The notes under the pieces were generated by a model that was not told the DNA's origin, ran no database searches, and saw only the letters and a list, made by a program, of their open reading frames with translations. Below are positions 63,444 through 64,000 of a stretch of 64,000 nt of DNA, one piece after another. Source of the stretch: an uncultured Anaerolineales bacterium. Lineage in GTDB: Bacteria > Chloroflexota > Anaerolineae > UBA2200. The number at the start of each line of letters is the position of its first letter. Within the stretch, counting starts at the first letter, position 1. The position numbers and the translations under genes were made by a program. The stretch is from contig CAYZKS010000001.1 in assembly GCA_964478725.1 (NCBI GenBank), forward strand, positions 2,903 to 66,902, in the 5' to 3' direction.

Positions 63444-64000
63444 ATGAGCTCTGCACTCAATTCGCATTCGATCCAGGACGTAACAGGCTTGCCCGTCTAT
63501 GCCAACTCAGTGACGCCATTTGACGGAGGGACACTGTTTCTTGCGCGCACGCCAAGTGGTCGGCGTCTGGGCATCCTGGCCCCACGCGAGAGCGCTTGCC
63601 ATTCGCGCTTTGCAGGGGACGTGACAGAGAGGGGAGAGCAACTTCTTGGCGTGTGCCCATTGACTCACGCCAACGCCCTGGCTCTGCGTGAAGCCTTGTC
63701 CTGGTTGCAGCCAAGACTGCTGGGAATGCAGACTTCCGCTGGCTGTGGAGACCGGCTGGGGTTGGCCACTCCAGGCCATGTGCGCGCTGCGCGTCAAGTT
63801 CAGGAGCATTTCAGGGAACCTGTGCTTGGCATGATCTTTGCGCAACAGTCCATTCGCGAAATGGGGCGCACAGCGCGTACGCCAGACGAGGTGCTTGACG
63901 ATGCAACCTGGGGCACCTTCCAGGAGGGGTGGCGCGCGGGTGTAGGTGCGGATGCCGATCATCTGAAGACGCTTGCCGACCTTGAGCGCTGTGCTGCGGT
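63444..64000 (+). CDS. Hypothetical protein, N-terminal 185 aa only (runs off the window end); family not confidently assigned
   Basis: ATG at 63444 preceded by a GAAGGAGG RBS. Open frame to the end of the window. Confidence 0.5.
   Translation, partial: MSSALNSHSIQDVTGLPVYANSVTPFDGGTLFLARTPSGRRLGILAPRESACHSRFAGDVTERGEQLLGVCPLTHANALALREALSWLQPRLLGMQTSAGCGDRLGLATPGHVRAARQVQEHFREPVLGMIFAQQSIREMGRTARTPDEVLDDATWGTFQEGWRAGVGADADHLKTLADLERCAA

Noticed and set aside
1-64000. Search for tRNA, rRNA, tmRNA, RNase P, CRISPR repeats, transposase or integrase signatures
   Set aside because: No intergenic region is long enough for rRNA, tmRNA or RNase P and none shows tRNA cloverleaf hallmarks. No regularly spaced direct repeats, no DDE or tyrosine-recombinase-like ORFs, and no terminal inverted repeats were seen.

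Overview
High-GC bacterial chromosomal window, densely coding on both strands (about 55 protein genes). I found no rRNA, tRNA, CRISPR array, transposase or integrase. The gene repertoire looks monoderm (Firmicutes- or Chloroflexota-like) in a high-GC background: a T-box leader on thrS, DnaD/DnaI-type helicase-loader proteins, an Rrf2(CymR-like)-iscS-mnmA operon, a ytxG/ytxH-like pair, YfhO, and a fused MFS/spermidine synthase. Housekeeping genes include rlmN, pth-mfd, plsX, fabF, trxB, thrS, dnaB, iscS and mnmA. Accessory content is (1) a (hydroxy)proline catabolic island with a Liv-type ABC importer and a GntR regulator, and (2) two extracytoplasmic glycoconjugate clusters (GT39 + YfhO + clan-A glycoside hydrolase; glycoside hydrolase + UbiA + LtaS/sulfatase-like + AlkP-like). 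Unusual architectures include a YqeC-MocA fusion, a CDF transporter with three tandem cytoplasmic domains, and a DnaC/DnaI-like loader whose AAA+ module is internally duplicated, sitting next to dnaB and a DnaD-domain protein. Several sigma-70-like promoters, an Rrf2-type operator palindrome, a T-box riboswitch and intrinsic-terminator hairpins are visible directly in the sequence. All functional calls rest on motif recognition in the provided translations; no database search was possible.
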